The notes beneath the pieces are model-generated. The model did no database searches. It had not been told where the DNA came from and was given only the letters and a program-made list of their open reading frames with translations. From Tubulanus polymorphus (taxonomy: Eukaryota; Animalia; Nemertea), in NCBI RefSeq assembly GCF_964204645.1, contig NC_134031.1, forward strand, positions 15,053,807-15,117,806: a stretch of DNA of 64,000 nucleotides, given 5' to 3'. Made by a program: the position numbers and the translations under genes. Below are positions 53,301 to 64,000 of this stretch, piece after piece (position 1 is the first letter of the stretch; every line of letters starts with the position of its first letter).

Positions 53301-56300
53301 CAACGCGCCTGTATTGAAAGCCTTTTCTTGGGAATTTTGATAACTGAACCCCTTAGGGTGGAGTTTAAGGTGTTTTACCAATAGATGGAGCCTCAATAAG
53401 GGAGACTGTGCGACTCAACGGTTGACGACGTACCTTGTTCGCACTGTTCAGCAAAACCAATACGTCTCCTTTCTTCATGGAAACTTCACGCGGGCTTTTC
53501 TCTTGGTAATCGTACAGGGCGAACACGTATTCTTTACCCTGATCGTCTAACAGCGGCGCCTCCTGTTGCTGAAATCGTCAATTAACAAATCCGTTAAGTT
53601 ATTCGACAGGAGCGTGGAAGGGTTCGATCGATGAAATCGAGAGATTATACTTACCCGACAGTTTTCGGCTTCATTTCGCAACGCGTCGATACTAGCTCGA
53701 TACGCGTCGATATCGGCCATTAGAGCTTCGTGTTTCTTCAACAACGCCTGAAATACACGCAATAACACGCTACCGAATTACGAGTGACAGGGGACAGGAG
53801 TAGAGCAAGGGGGTGAGTGAGACGCTTACCTCGCTAGAATCCTCGTCTTTACCGTAATCCGTACTACCGACGATCGGCTCTTTCTCTTTCATCCAAGATT
53901 CGGCTTCGTTGGCGTCTGCGAAATACTGCTGAGCCTGCATCGAGTCGTCCAAATCCTGCGTACGCTGATTAGCTTTATCCTGTAATTACGACAAACGTAC
54001 TAACATGAAGCAAATAGTTCTGTGAAGTAAGTCGTACTCAAATCTTTAACAGTTTACTATTTAAAACCCTAAGCCGATCCAGTTTTGAATCGGTTATTTA
54101 GAATCGGTACGAATACTGAACCCGGTTCCACGGTGAACTGGATGGGTGTGGAACTAGATAGAGTAAGGAATGTCATACTCAATCTTTAATAGTTTAAAAC
54201 TTAACCAGATATGGATCTAGTTTTGAATCGGCTATTTAGAATCGGTACGAATACTGAACCCGGTTCCACAGTGAACTGGGTGGATGTGAAACTGTGGAAC
54301 TACGTGTGTGATAGAGTAAAGAATGCTATACTTACGTTGAGTCCGTTCCATTTTTCCTTCAAATCATCAATTTGTCGTCTGATATCATCGGATGCGTAAT
54401 GTCCGTTCAGGATCATTTTCTCTCCTTCGTCGTAAACCTCTTCGATTCTGTTATCATGACCGTTTAATTCGGCTTGTAGAGCGGAGTGTTTCTTAATCAG
54501 GTTCTGAACTCCAATTAAATCACGTCCTAAACACAAAAATACCAATGTTTATTGAGTAAATATATAAACCTCCTCATAAAGTAGCAGGGTTCAAAACTAA
54601 TCGAGTCTGCAACTTATTAAATATATAAACCTCCTCATAAAGTAGCAGGGTTCAAAACTAACCGAGTCTGACACTAAAAGAGTTAAACTGTATTTGAGAG
54701 CTCATATTTCTAATCTAAGAGATTGAATGATCGATTTGTTAAATGTGATCGGGGAGGGCATGAGAGGGGGCATGAACATGTACTTCTTTTTAATTAGATG
54801 TAGCTATTGAAGGGGGGAGGGGGAGGGGGAGGGGGGAAGAAGTACCTCTATTAATAGACGTGGCCACTGAAGGGAGGGGTGAGAAGGGGTGATAAGTACC
54901 TCTATTAGTAGATGTAGCCACTGGTTCTTTCTCTTTAATCCAGTCCTCCTCGTCCTCGACATCCCGGTAGAACTGCTGCAGCAGAACGGCATCCTGTAAC
55001 CGGTCTCTACGTTTAGTCATCGGAGCCTGCAGCGTCTGATACCGCTCTAAAACGACGGCCTGTTTCGCCGTGATGTTCTCCACGTCGAAGTGACCCTCCT
55101 CGGAGAATTGTTTCGCCTGCTCGGCGATACCGTCGATGCGATCCTGATGCGATCCGATGTCGGTCTCCAGCAGAGCGTGCTTCTTCTGCAGGTTCTGCAC
55201 GTTCGATAAATCTTTGCCGTAATCTTCGGACATCAGTTGACCCTCGACCTCCGACAGCCAGATCTCGATATCTTCGACGTTTCGGTTATACTGCTGTTGT
55301 CCGCTCGCTTCGTTCAATTTCTTTCCTTTCTTTTCGCTCTGATTGAGAAGTTGTTTCCACAATGAGTCGATCTCATCCAAACGATCCCTGAAAACAACGA
55401 ACATCGCATGAACAAACATGGAAAACTGAACTAAACAAACTGAGTTAACATTTGAATGGCAGGACGAGCTGACTGTAACAATGTGATATGAGGTCATGGA
55501 GGTGAGGGAGAGGTCAGGAGAGGTGAGGTTAGAGGTAACGAGAGGTCATGGAGAAGTAAGGTAGGGAGATGTTACGGAGGTGAAGAAGAGAGGTCAGGGA
55601 GAGGTCATGGAAGAGGTAAGGAAAGGACAGGTCATGGAGAGAGGCGAGGCAAGAGGTAAGGGAAGGAGAGGTGAAAAATAGGTAAAGCAGAGGCAAGGGA
55701 GGGAGAGGTCAGAGAGAGAGAGATAGAGGTAACTCACTGGATAGTGTCCGTTGCGTAATGTTGATTATCGATAAGCTCAGTTCCTGTTGTGTTCACTGAT
55801 TCAATGCGACTCGCGTTCGCGGTCATTTCAGCCTCGAAATTCTGATGTTTCTGAACTTTACCCTGGAGATTTGTCGGGTCGGTATAGTTCTCGTCGGTTG
55901 CCGCTTTCAGTTTCTCGTTGATCCATCCTTTAGTTTCGTCGCAGTCTCTCTCGAACATCTGCAGCCGGTACGAGTCCTCCAGCAGGTGTTTCCTCGTCGT
56001 CGAACGTTCGATCAGGACGGTGCGTCGCTGTAGCAACTGAAGAGAATCGATAACAATTGAAACCATTATAAATTACGGTTCAAAATTCACCTCGGTTTAA
56101 TACATTTGTTACGCTTTTTCAACTGGTGAATCAGTTAAGAAACACAATATCCATGATAAGACTCGGTGAGTAAAAAATCCCACAAAGTTTGAACGAATCT
56201 AAAAAGTTTACTTAAAAATTAGAAATATTTCGCGTGGTCACTACCACGCTTCTTCAGTCTAAAATAATTCTAGACAGAAGAAGGGTGTTAGTGAACACAC

Positions 56301-59300
56301 AAAATATTCCTAATTCTTAAATAAACTTTTCAGATTCGTTCACACATTGTGGGATTTTTTACTCATTTTCAACTGGTGTGATTATTGAAACCCGGGCAGT
56401 CGAGTTTAAGGATAAGTCGAAATTAATAATTTAAATATTTTCAACCGCTACGATTATCGGCGGTAACCGCTGGCGATTCTTACAGCGTCTCTCCTCTGAG
56501 CGACGTCGTCGGCCGCGTAGTGCTCGCTTTCGATCAGCTTCGTCGCGAAGTCGTCTAAAGCTTTAACTTTCTCCTCCTGGGCGGTGAGAGATTTCTCGAA
56601 ATCCTCGTGTTTCTTAATCAACGCTTCCACGCTGTCGAGAGAGTCGCCTAAATCTTCGTTCGTCAGGAACGCCTTCGAATGATAAAACAACAACGCACGT
56701 CAGAACAGGAAAACCGGCAAGGCTACTGAGGGAAGTGAGGATTCAGCAATAATACTGGGTTATCGCGCTTAAATTTCTTCTACATTTCAATTAAATTTGA
56801 GTCAACGTTTCTGATGAATGAATAAATTTTCAGTGAAATCATTACCATACACTCAGTTATATCTATTCGATGACTCGTTTGATAATTTTGGATTTGGCAG
56901 CCTAAAAATTCAAGTTCGAATTTCATCGAAAATTAACTGATTTTCACAACGAATGACCCGGTGTTTTGTTGCGTCATCTGGTGTTGCCTGTATATCCCAT
57001 TATTCGCAACCTCAACTTGGCACCATGTCGATACAACTTACACTTAGTAAATCGAATTTGAAATATAGATTGGGCATCAAAACTAGAGATGACTTCAGTC
57101 AGTGTTCTCCACAACAGGTTTTAGAGGGGCTGCCTACCCTTTTTCATTTTTACATCCACCCCTCTAAAAATCAGCCACTACCAGAGTGGATGTCAATATT
57201 CTATCCATGCTTTGAAACATATCGAGCTAATGTGAAAAATAGAAGATCACACCAAAAGCATCAAGTTACTTCAGCAGCACACTTAACAATGACTACAACG
57301 CTCTTAGAATTCCAGCATATCGCGAATACTGTCAGTAATGCGATGACTTAAAGAAGGTACTATTGACAGGGATGAAAACGGCCCATATTGAAAAAGTCGG
57401 AAAATATTTTCAAAAAAAAAGAATTTTTTTGGGGAACAATAATCAGTAACTTTAAGCCAAAAAACTTACTTCCTTTTGGTCAAAATGTTAATAGGTTGGG
57501 CCTGAATTAGAGCCGCTTTTTGAATGAGACGCCATAATGGTTTCTCCGACTCCACAGTTGTGCTAACAACTGCCGAAAACCGTCTTAAGGAGCACTCCTA
57601 ACTACGGAGCGCTCCGATGTGACGTCCGCGATTGAGGTGATTTACACTGTTCTCAGGAATAAAGAAAATGTTAGAAAAGGTCGGAAATCCGTCTATGGTC
57701 GGAAGATTTTCATCCCTGTATTGACCGTGCAGCCATCCGTGTACAGGGATAGGAAAGGGGGGGATGATATAGTAGACATACCTCTTGTTTACCCATCCAC
57801 GTATCGGCCTGTTCGGTATCGCGATAGAACAACTGCAAATCCATGCACTGCTCGTAGAGGATTCGACGTTCCTCCCACAGTTCGAGTAAACTTGTTTTAT
57901 CATTCGCCAACATCACCAGTTTCTCCTTAACGTCGTCGACGGCGTAATGATCGGACTCGAGGAGAGCTTGACCGGCTTCAGCCGTAGCGCGGAAACTATC
58001 TTCACGAGCGTCGATTTCACCCTGCCGACAATAATCATATCACTGACAATCATATATACACAATCATATACCATTAACAACAATGATTTACTCTATCTTA
58101 AGATATCTTATGAAGATAATTTTACTTCAAGGCCTGGGTCTTGTTTGACTCAGGGTGTTAACTCAATATATTTTGAATTGAGTTAACCCCCATGTCAAAG
58201 ATAATACCAGTCCATAAAATTGGACCGTGGTTTATAGACTGGTATTAACTTTAACCAGGGGGGGTGGGGTCTTTTTCACTTGAGTGAGCCCCCGGTTAAA
58301 GGTATTACCAGTAGATAAAACCAGCCCCGAATTTTTATTGTCTAAAAAGGTAAGTTTTAAGATAACATTTCAAAGCTCTCCATAGACAGTTTTAGCGACA
58401 GACTTCAATGGATTCAGTTCTAAAGACAATTCGTCATCGATCATTATTACAGTTCTACGGAAAAACTTCCACTCAGACTCCTACGGTTTATATCAATGTA
58501 TTCAAGCGCTTACCTTATGCTCGTGGTGACGCTCGAGTAACGCCTCGGCGCCGGTGACGTCTTTCGCCAGATCATCCGCCGAGATGACGGCCTTCATGTC
58601 ATTGATCCACGTGATCAATTCGCGGAAGTCGGCGAGGAATCGATGCAGATAGTACGCCGCGTCGAGACGGCCCTTACGCGACTCCGCCTTACGCTTCAAA
58701 CTATCCCAATTCGAATCGATCTCGCTGCGCTTGTTATGGATCTGATCGCCGCATTCTGGGTGAAGGTCTTCTAAACGTTCCGCCTCCGTATCCAACGACT
58801 CCACCTATCGAGAGATCATCGCACTACGGTCACTTTTCATATACAAAGGAAGTGTAGGCACTTATGAATTCTACACCAAAATTAATTAAAATTGGTCCCT
58901 GAGATACAGATAGGGGTCAGGGTACAATAGACTCAGTCTCTGTCTAATTTGTAAAGACCAGTTAATTTCAGCATCATTAAAACATATTTGTTGATATTGA
59001 CGATATTATCATAGAGATACATGTTTTTTATATTATCATTCATTTGTATTTATCTATATCAGTCAGTAGTTGAGTGAACAAATCCAGCCTGTGATTGGCT
59101 GAAGCTAGTGACCTAGTATGCAAATAAGTCTATAGCTGATCAGTTAATCTACATAACAGTAAACCTAACCCAAGCGGCTTAAAGCAGGTCACCCAATATC
59201 TAACAAATAGCCCCACCTAAGGTTAGCACATTTCTACCAATCCTAAACCTAGCTTCTGATCTGGCTGGAGCTGGTCACCTCATATACAAATGAGTTTTAG

Positions 59301-62300
59301 TCGCTGAAACTGCATAACACAAACCCTAAACCTAGCCCGTGATTGGCTAAAGCTGGTTACCTAGCATACAAATAACCTGGCTCCTAGAATAAGTTAATGG
59401 TTTCTCGAACGTACAGTGTACTCGACTCCATCTCTGACTCAGATAGGTATTAGATTATGGTCTAATTAAGATGGTTACTGATACTTGATACTTGAGGCCT
59501 TGATACTAATGTTTATGGTCTAAGTAACTGGGCCCAGTTGCACAGTCGTGACTTAAGTCCAAAAGTGACCTTATATCTTAAGACTGGTCTTAAGTTGTTA
59601 GATTAGCCATAGAACTAAGTTGGTCTTAGACTGGTCTTAAGTCTAAGCCATAACTATGCAACCGGCCCCTGAGTTTACTTTTTCTGTCTTTTCTTAGTCT
59701 CGGCTTACAGTAAAGACTGTTGAACATTCTACGCGAAGTTATCGATTGATTAGAACCCTAACCCTAATCAATTCTACCACAAGGAAAGTAGTTGATCGGA
59801 GGAACCTAAAGTTGAAGGTAGACAAGGCCCAGCATACTAACCCTGACCCCAATGCTACGTACCTTTTCCCCGAGCGCGGCCAAATCTCGTTCGATAACCT
59901 CGTGTTTTCGCTGCAAAGCTTGAACGCTCTGTAAATCTCTGCCGTAGTCGTCGCTGGACAGAGTGACGTCTTTCTCGTTGATCCAAGCGATCGTTTCGTC
60001 GCAGTCGCGGTTGAAATGTTGTATTTCGCGAGCGCCGAACAGTTTCTCTTGTCTCTGTTGAGCCAACGATTTCAATCGCATCCAAGCTTCGTTTAATTCC
60101 TGCAACGCACGGAAACAAATAAACCCTTTAATCACAATTTATCAACGCGATGCTCTAAATCTTGTCTGATTTGAGATCGATATCAAAGTTGGCCGATACA
60201 TAGACTCTGTTTTAGTGAGGATTCAGTTTCAACCCTTAGTTTGTATGACTTCTGATAACTTGTTTAGTCCTTTATTCAGGATTCAGTTTCAACCCTTAGT
60301 TTGTATTACTTCTGGTAACTTGTTTAGTCTTTTATTCTGGATTCTGTATATCTTTCCGTTGTTACTCTACTCAGTATTCCTGAAGATGACTATCAGGAAA
60401 GTCGAAACATCGAATAAACTACTGGTACTAGCTCGAGGAAACATTTTCGAAGTTTATATATTTTTTCGTTATTATTGTGGGATTCTCTTTTTTTTCATCG
60501 TTACAACACGGATGTAGTGTTTTATGAATGGTTTTCCATCAGTTCTCAGTTAATAGTAAAATCTCATTCTTAATTTGGTCTTAGGTTGGCAGCACCTGTC
60601 AAACATAGTGAAATACTAGTAAATAACGATACATTGCGCTGTGGTGTAGACGCACTACAGTGGTATTTCCGTTATTCAGCACACTATGGGGTATTAATTC
60701 GTCAGCACTGACAGGGTTGAGCTAATGCTATTGGGTACAGGGCAATGTACAATTACCTGGGAACGAAAAGGTTACGATATCATATGAAACTGACCTCTTT
60801 CTTTTTCTCGATGGTTTCAGTTTCGGGATGTTCCTCGCCGATCAGTTTGTCTCCCAACTCGTTCACCTCGGTCACTCGTTCCTCGTGGCTCAATAAATCC
60901 TTCTGAAACTCGTCGTACTTCTTCTGCAACAGCTCCACGTGTTCGAGGTCGTGGCCTAGCTCTTCAGACGTTACGAAAGCTTCCTGCAACGGAAAAACCG
61001 CAGACAACTCTGATCAGAAATCGGACGCGACAATACCACAGAAAACTGTTTGATAAATTTTACCAAATTACCTACTAACTTATTTTATCAATTTCTACAT
61101 GTATCTTCCAGTGAAGTAATATCTACAGTATGAATCACGGTAAATATGTTGCAAGAAAGATTTCAGTCTAATTTCAGCATTTCATGTTTTATAAATCAGT
61201 AACACAATTAACACTGACTATTTTCATAGAGTAACATTCATGCCTCTAGTTTATAACTGAGATGAAATCCTAAAATTTAGAATCGATCAGGAATAGTTGT
61301 TTCAGTGTGGACCTAATTTCACGGTTAACTTTGTATCTTCCAGTGAAGTAATATCTACAGTATGAATCACGGTAAATATGTTGCAAGAAAGATTTCAGTT
61401 TAATATCAGCAATTTATGTTTTATAAATCAGTGACACAATTAACACTGACTATTTTCATAGAGAAACATTCATGCTGCTTGTTTAACTACGATGACAAAA
61501 TCCTAACTCTTAATCTAGACCCATGAGTTTAGTTTGCATCACGACCCAGTGAGTTCTACAGTTGTTGATTCCGAGTTAAACTCAGTTCATTTCGAATGCT
61601 TCGAGTCAAAGAGTAACCGAATCAGAAACAGAAGTAAATACCTTGTCTCTAATCCAGAACATGACCTCCTCGCATTCTCGCAGGAACTGGACTAGTTTCA
61701 AAGCCTGTTGTAATCGCTGTCCTTTCTCTCCGAGCTTCAACATCAACAGATCCCACAATCGGTGCAACTCATCCAGCGTTTTCTGAATGGTCTCCGACGC
61801 GTAATGCTGTTCGTTGATCATCTCGTAGCCGATGTTGTCCAACTCGACAATGGCGTTGGCGTGAGCCTGCACTTCGGCTTCGAACGCCTGGTGCTTCTGG
61901 ATCTTAGCCTGAAATAGAACGTCACAATCTAATAGTAGAGAGACATCTATATTCACTCTCAGTACAAATCCAATTCATGTAGATTTTGAGACTTAAATTT
62001 TAAGTTGCATTTATGTAAACAGAGCTTCAATATTCATGCAAATGTAAGTTAAATGAAAAATGAATTATCATTATGAATCTGAAGGTATGACGCATCCACA
62101 GTTCAGCACTCAGTTTCTACTAACGTAACTAAGTTTAAAACTCTTTATTTGATGAAATGAGTTCATTTTTAATTAGTTAACTCAAACTGTTGCAGTCAAA
62201 TCTTTACTCATAACTGTGGAACTGAGTAACTGTAATGTAGAACCAGGGGCTGCAGTTGCTTGAAAGTTGGTTAGAGTCAACCAGTGGATAGGTGACATAG

Positions 62301-62923
62301 ATAATTAGAAGTTCAATATCACTACGACATCTATCCGCTGGTTATCTTCTTTGTATCAACTTTCGAGGAAAAGGCGCCCCTGATATTAGGAACAGGGTCA
62401 GCGCATTTTCGTTCCTTCATTATTCCTAAAATATCTGGGGGCTGCGGTTGCTCAAAAGTTGAGTGGAGTTAACCAATTGATATAGTTGACATAGTGACAA
62501 TAATTGAAAGTTCACTGTAACTGGGGGAGGTTAAATTAGTTCATTTTCAATCAGTTAAATCCGAGTCAAATCTTAACACAGAACTGTGGAACCGTGTCAT
62601 GGTATTTTAAACTGTCGATTTTCTTTTACCAGGGCTTGAATCTCCCCCCCCCCCACAACGGAGAGTTTTAAGCTTACCTGTAAGTTCGTCGGATCTCTGA
62701 AGCTCTCGTCGGAAGCCGTCTGCAATTTCTCCAGAATCCAACTCTCCAACTCGTCGGCGTCGCGTTTGAAATACATGTACCGTCGAGCATCCTCGAGTTT
62801 CTCCCGTCGCTCGTGGGTTGCTGTCTTGAACGCCGAATACCGCCCGAGCACCTGATCACGTCGCTCCTGGATATCCTCGGGAGTCTCCAGTATCTTTATC
62901 TCTCTCGGCTGAATCTCCACCAT
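35351..62923 (-). CDS. SPTAN1: Spectrin alpha chain (non-erythroid type), complete multi-exon gene; first coding exon 62678-62923, last 35351-35476
   Basis: The N-terminus is [26 protein letters not shown]. It is followed by successive spectrin repeats, an SH3 domain ([19 protein letters not shown]|[19 protein letters not shown] at ~53435-53569 and ~52605-52750) and C-terminal EF-hands ([31 protein letters not shown]), ending [12 protein letters not shown]. Confidence 0.97.
36545..36820. repeat. 35-bp minisatellite (agtaggaatgttgaaacattcagtttagatacacc, about 8 copies) filling a spectrin intron
   Basis: ccagtaggaa recurs at 36711, 36746 and 36781. Confidence 0.85.
38838..39130. mobile_element. 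piggyBac-like MITE (inverted copy of 411-690)
   Basis: TTAA-CCCTTTCAGTGC ... GCACTGAAAGTG-TTAA. Confidence 0.75.
39409..39941. mobile_element. Foldback element / long palindromic MITE
   Basis: Arms of ~250 bp are imperfect reverse complements (cctactgtcagtcac...tgcgacgttttggtccgtaattt vs aaattacggaccgaaacgtcgca...gtgacagacagtagg). Confidence 0.75.
42440..42715 (+). mobile_element. tRNA-derived SINE with conserved central domain
   Basis: A tRNA-like head is followed by gtgtcctcgggcacagcactt...cacccacgagtaaataagtacc, which resembles Nin/Deu-domain SINE cores. Confidence 0.5.
42797..42838 (-). ncRNA. Minimal type I hammerhead ribozyme motif (Penelope-like element)
   Basis: ccac CUGAUGA u ggcuguu-aguc-aacagcc GAAA C GUU gugg. 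It sits in the loop of an inverted repeat (42732-42778 / 42843-42889). Confidence 0.75.
44936..45112. mobile_element. Internally deleted piggyBac-like MITE
   Basis: TTAA-CCCTTTCAGTGC ... GCACTGAAAGGG-TTAA. Confidence 0.75.
47150..47412. repeat. ~20-bp tandem (actgtggaactgg) repeat
   Basis: The same motif is dispersed across the window (2720-2925, 12275-12350, 20040-20215, 23040-23130, 40435-40540, 40898-41007), often as inverted pairs. Confidence 0.75.
50581..50787. repeat. 27-bp GC-rich minisatellite, about 7.6 copies (ccggcgacacctggtgttacttcagca)
   Basis: Units start at 50581, 50608, 50635 ... 50770. Confidence 0.9.
51384..51530 (-). ncRNA. Box H/ACA snoRNA copy 1 (predicted guide for 18S rRNA U1174-equivalent, SNORA40-like target)
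   Basis: The structure is hairpin - H box AAAUUA - hairpin - ACA. The 3' pocket UUGCAAC / UACUUC is complementary to 18S GAAGUA-U-G-GUUGCAA. Confidence 0.8.
51660..51808 (-). ncRNA. Box H/ACA snoRNA copy 2
   Basis: As copy 1, with a compensatory basal stem agcau/augcu. Confidence 0.8.
51985..52133 (-). ncRNA. Box H/ACA snoRNA copy 3
   Basis: As copy 1. Confidence 0.8.
52333..52481 (-). ncRNA. Box H/ACA snoRNA copy 4
   Basis: As copy 1. The H box variant AUAUUA still fits ANANNA. Confidence 0.78.
56220..56261 (-). ncRNA. Minimal type I hammerhead ribozyme motif (Penelope-like element)
   Basis: uaga CUGAAGA a gcguggu-agug-accacgc GAAA U AUU ucua. It lies within palindrome 56168-56363, whose other arm carries a decayed copy. 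Confidence 0.75.
60376..60415 (+). ncRNA. Minimal hammerhead-like motif (variant), antisense to spectrin
   Basis: auuc CUGAAGA u gacu-aucaggaa-aguc GAAA C AUC gaau, followed by aataaa. Stem III has a C-A mismatch. Confidence 0.5.
61097..61245 (-). ncRNA. Box H/ACA snoRNA copy 5
   Basis: As copy 1, in spectrin intron 60984-61641. Confidence 0.8.
61329..61477 (-). ncRNA. Box H/ACA snoRNA copy 6
   Basis: As copy 1, with H box AUAUUA. Confidence 0.78.
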
Positions 62924-63870
62924 CTTTACGTCGTTTAGATTTACTTCTTACTGAAAAAGACACAAACACGCGCTCAAGGTCAGCCGGGCGGATAATGCGA
63001 ATAGAAATAATCTACCGACGTCAGAAGAATTTTTTCAATATCGTTAACTCCCGACGAACAAGAAATTATTCGCAAAGATTTTCAGACTTAAATCGTGAGA
63101 AGATAATAAAAACATTGCAAAAAAAGACATTTCGAGAAGAATCTTTCATGATCTGATTGTTGCAAATAACCCACTGTTAAATGGGGAACCCGCAAACCAG
63201 CTATCCCTAGCTATCCCGAGCTACCTCGTTGTCAAAAACTTTGAACTGGATTTTTAGAATCCTGAATCCATACACTTTCACAGGACTCACCAAATATGAA
63301 ATACTTTCATTCTTCTAATCAGAAATCGATATAGTTTTTTTTTCCATAAATAATTGATTCATTTAAGAGAAAAGTTCATTCAGATTTAATTGAAATGTAG
63401 AAGGAAATTGAACGCGGACGACCAACTATCTACTAGCGAACCCTGGCGGATCCTCGCTTGCCATACGTGGAATCCTCACTTGCAACAGTAGCACTGCGGG
63501 TACCCCATTACTGCAATAGCCTACATAGATCCAAACCTCACCTAACTAATTATTATTGCAAACAAATTAGCATTCTCGGTGGACTAATTAATGTTCATAA
63601 TAACCGCTAGCCGGAGAGGGGGAAGGGGAGCGCACCTACCTGCTAGACTGAACTCTATCAGATAAACTACTACACAGTAGACTATATAGAATACGATATA
63701 TCCGAACAGTAATAACAGGATGAAAACCGCGAATACATCTGGATAATCAGCAAGGAACGGACACCTTTGCATCAGAAATCAATATATTCACTCCTCGTAG
63801 CAGCAGCAGCAGGTACTGAGAGCTGAGACGATGCTCGTAGACACAGCGAGCCTGCATCACAGTAACAGCA

Positions 63871-64000
63871 GTCTCAACTCAGGAGTCCCTGTCTGAGTAG
63901 CATATAAAACAGCCAGAGAAGTCTTAACTCAGGAGTCCCTGTCTGTGTAGCATATAAAACAGCCAAAAAAGTCTCGACTCAGGAGTCCCTGTCTGTGTAG
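63871..64000. repeat. 50-bp tandem repeat running off the window end
   Basis: aggagtccctgtctg recurs at 63881, 63931 and 63981. Confidence 0.8.

Overview
AT-rich, intron-containing genomic DNA from an invertebrate animal. The exact taxon cannot be fixed from the sequence; a lophotrochozoan is plausible. From left to right the window holds: the 3' exons of NOC2L (+), convergent with the 3' exons of CPLANE2/RSG1 (-); a ~7 kb repeat block containing a 171-bp satellite with dimeric higher-order structure and a spliced, 5'-truncated Ulp1-protease/PHD relic; two tandem paralogues of a secreted 8-Cys beta-defensin/toxin-like peptide that differ almost only at non-synonymous sites; a LINE fragment and many MITEs; three class I/II PLP aminotransferase paralogues (YER152C-like) with signs of gene conversion; and a complete ~27.6 kb alpha-spectrin gene (-). 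The most interesting unannotated signals lie in the spectrin introns. These are six sense-strand box H/ACA snoRNA copies whose 3' pocket is complementary to 18S rRNA GAAGUA-U-G-GUUGCAA (human U1174/SNORA40-equivalent site), three minimal Penelope-type hammerhead ribozyme motifs, and several candidate in-frame alternative exons. All calls were made by eye, without database searches.
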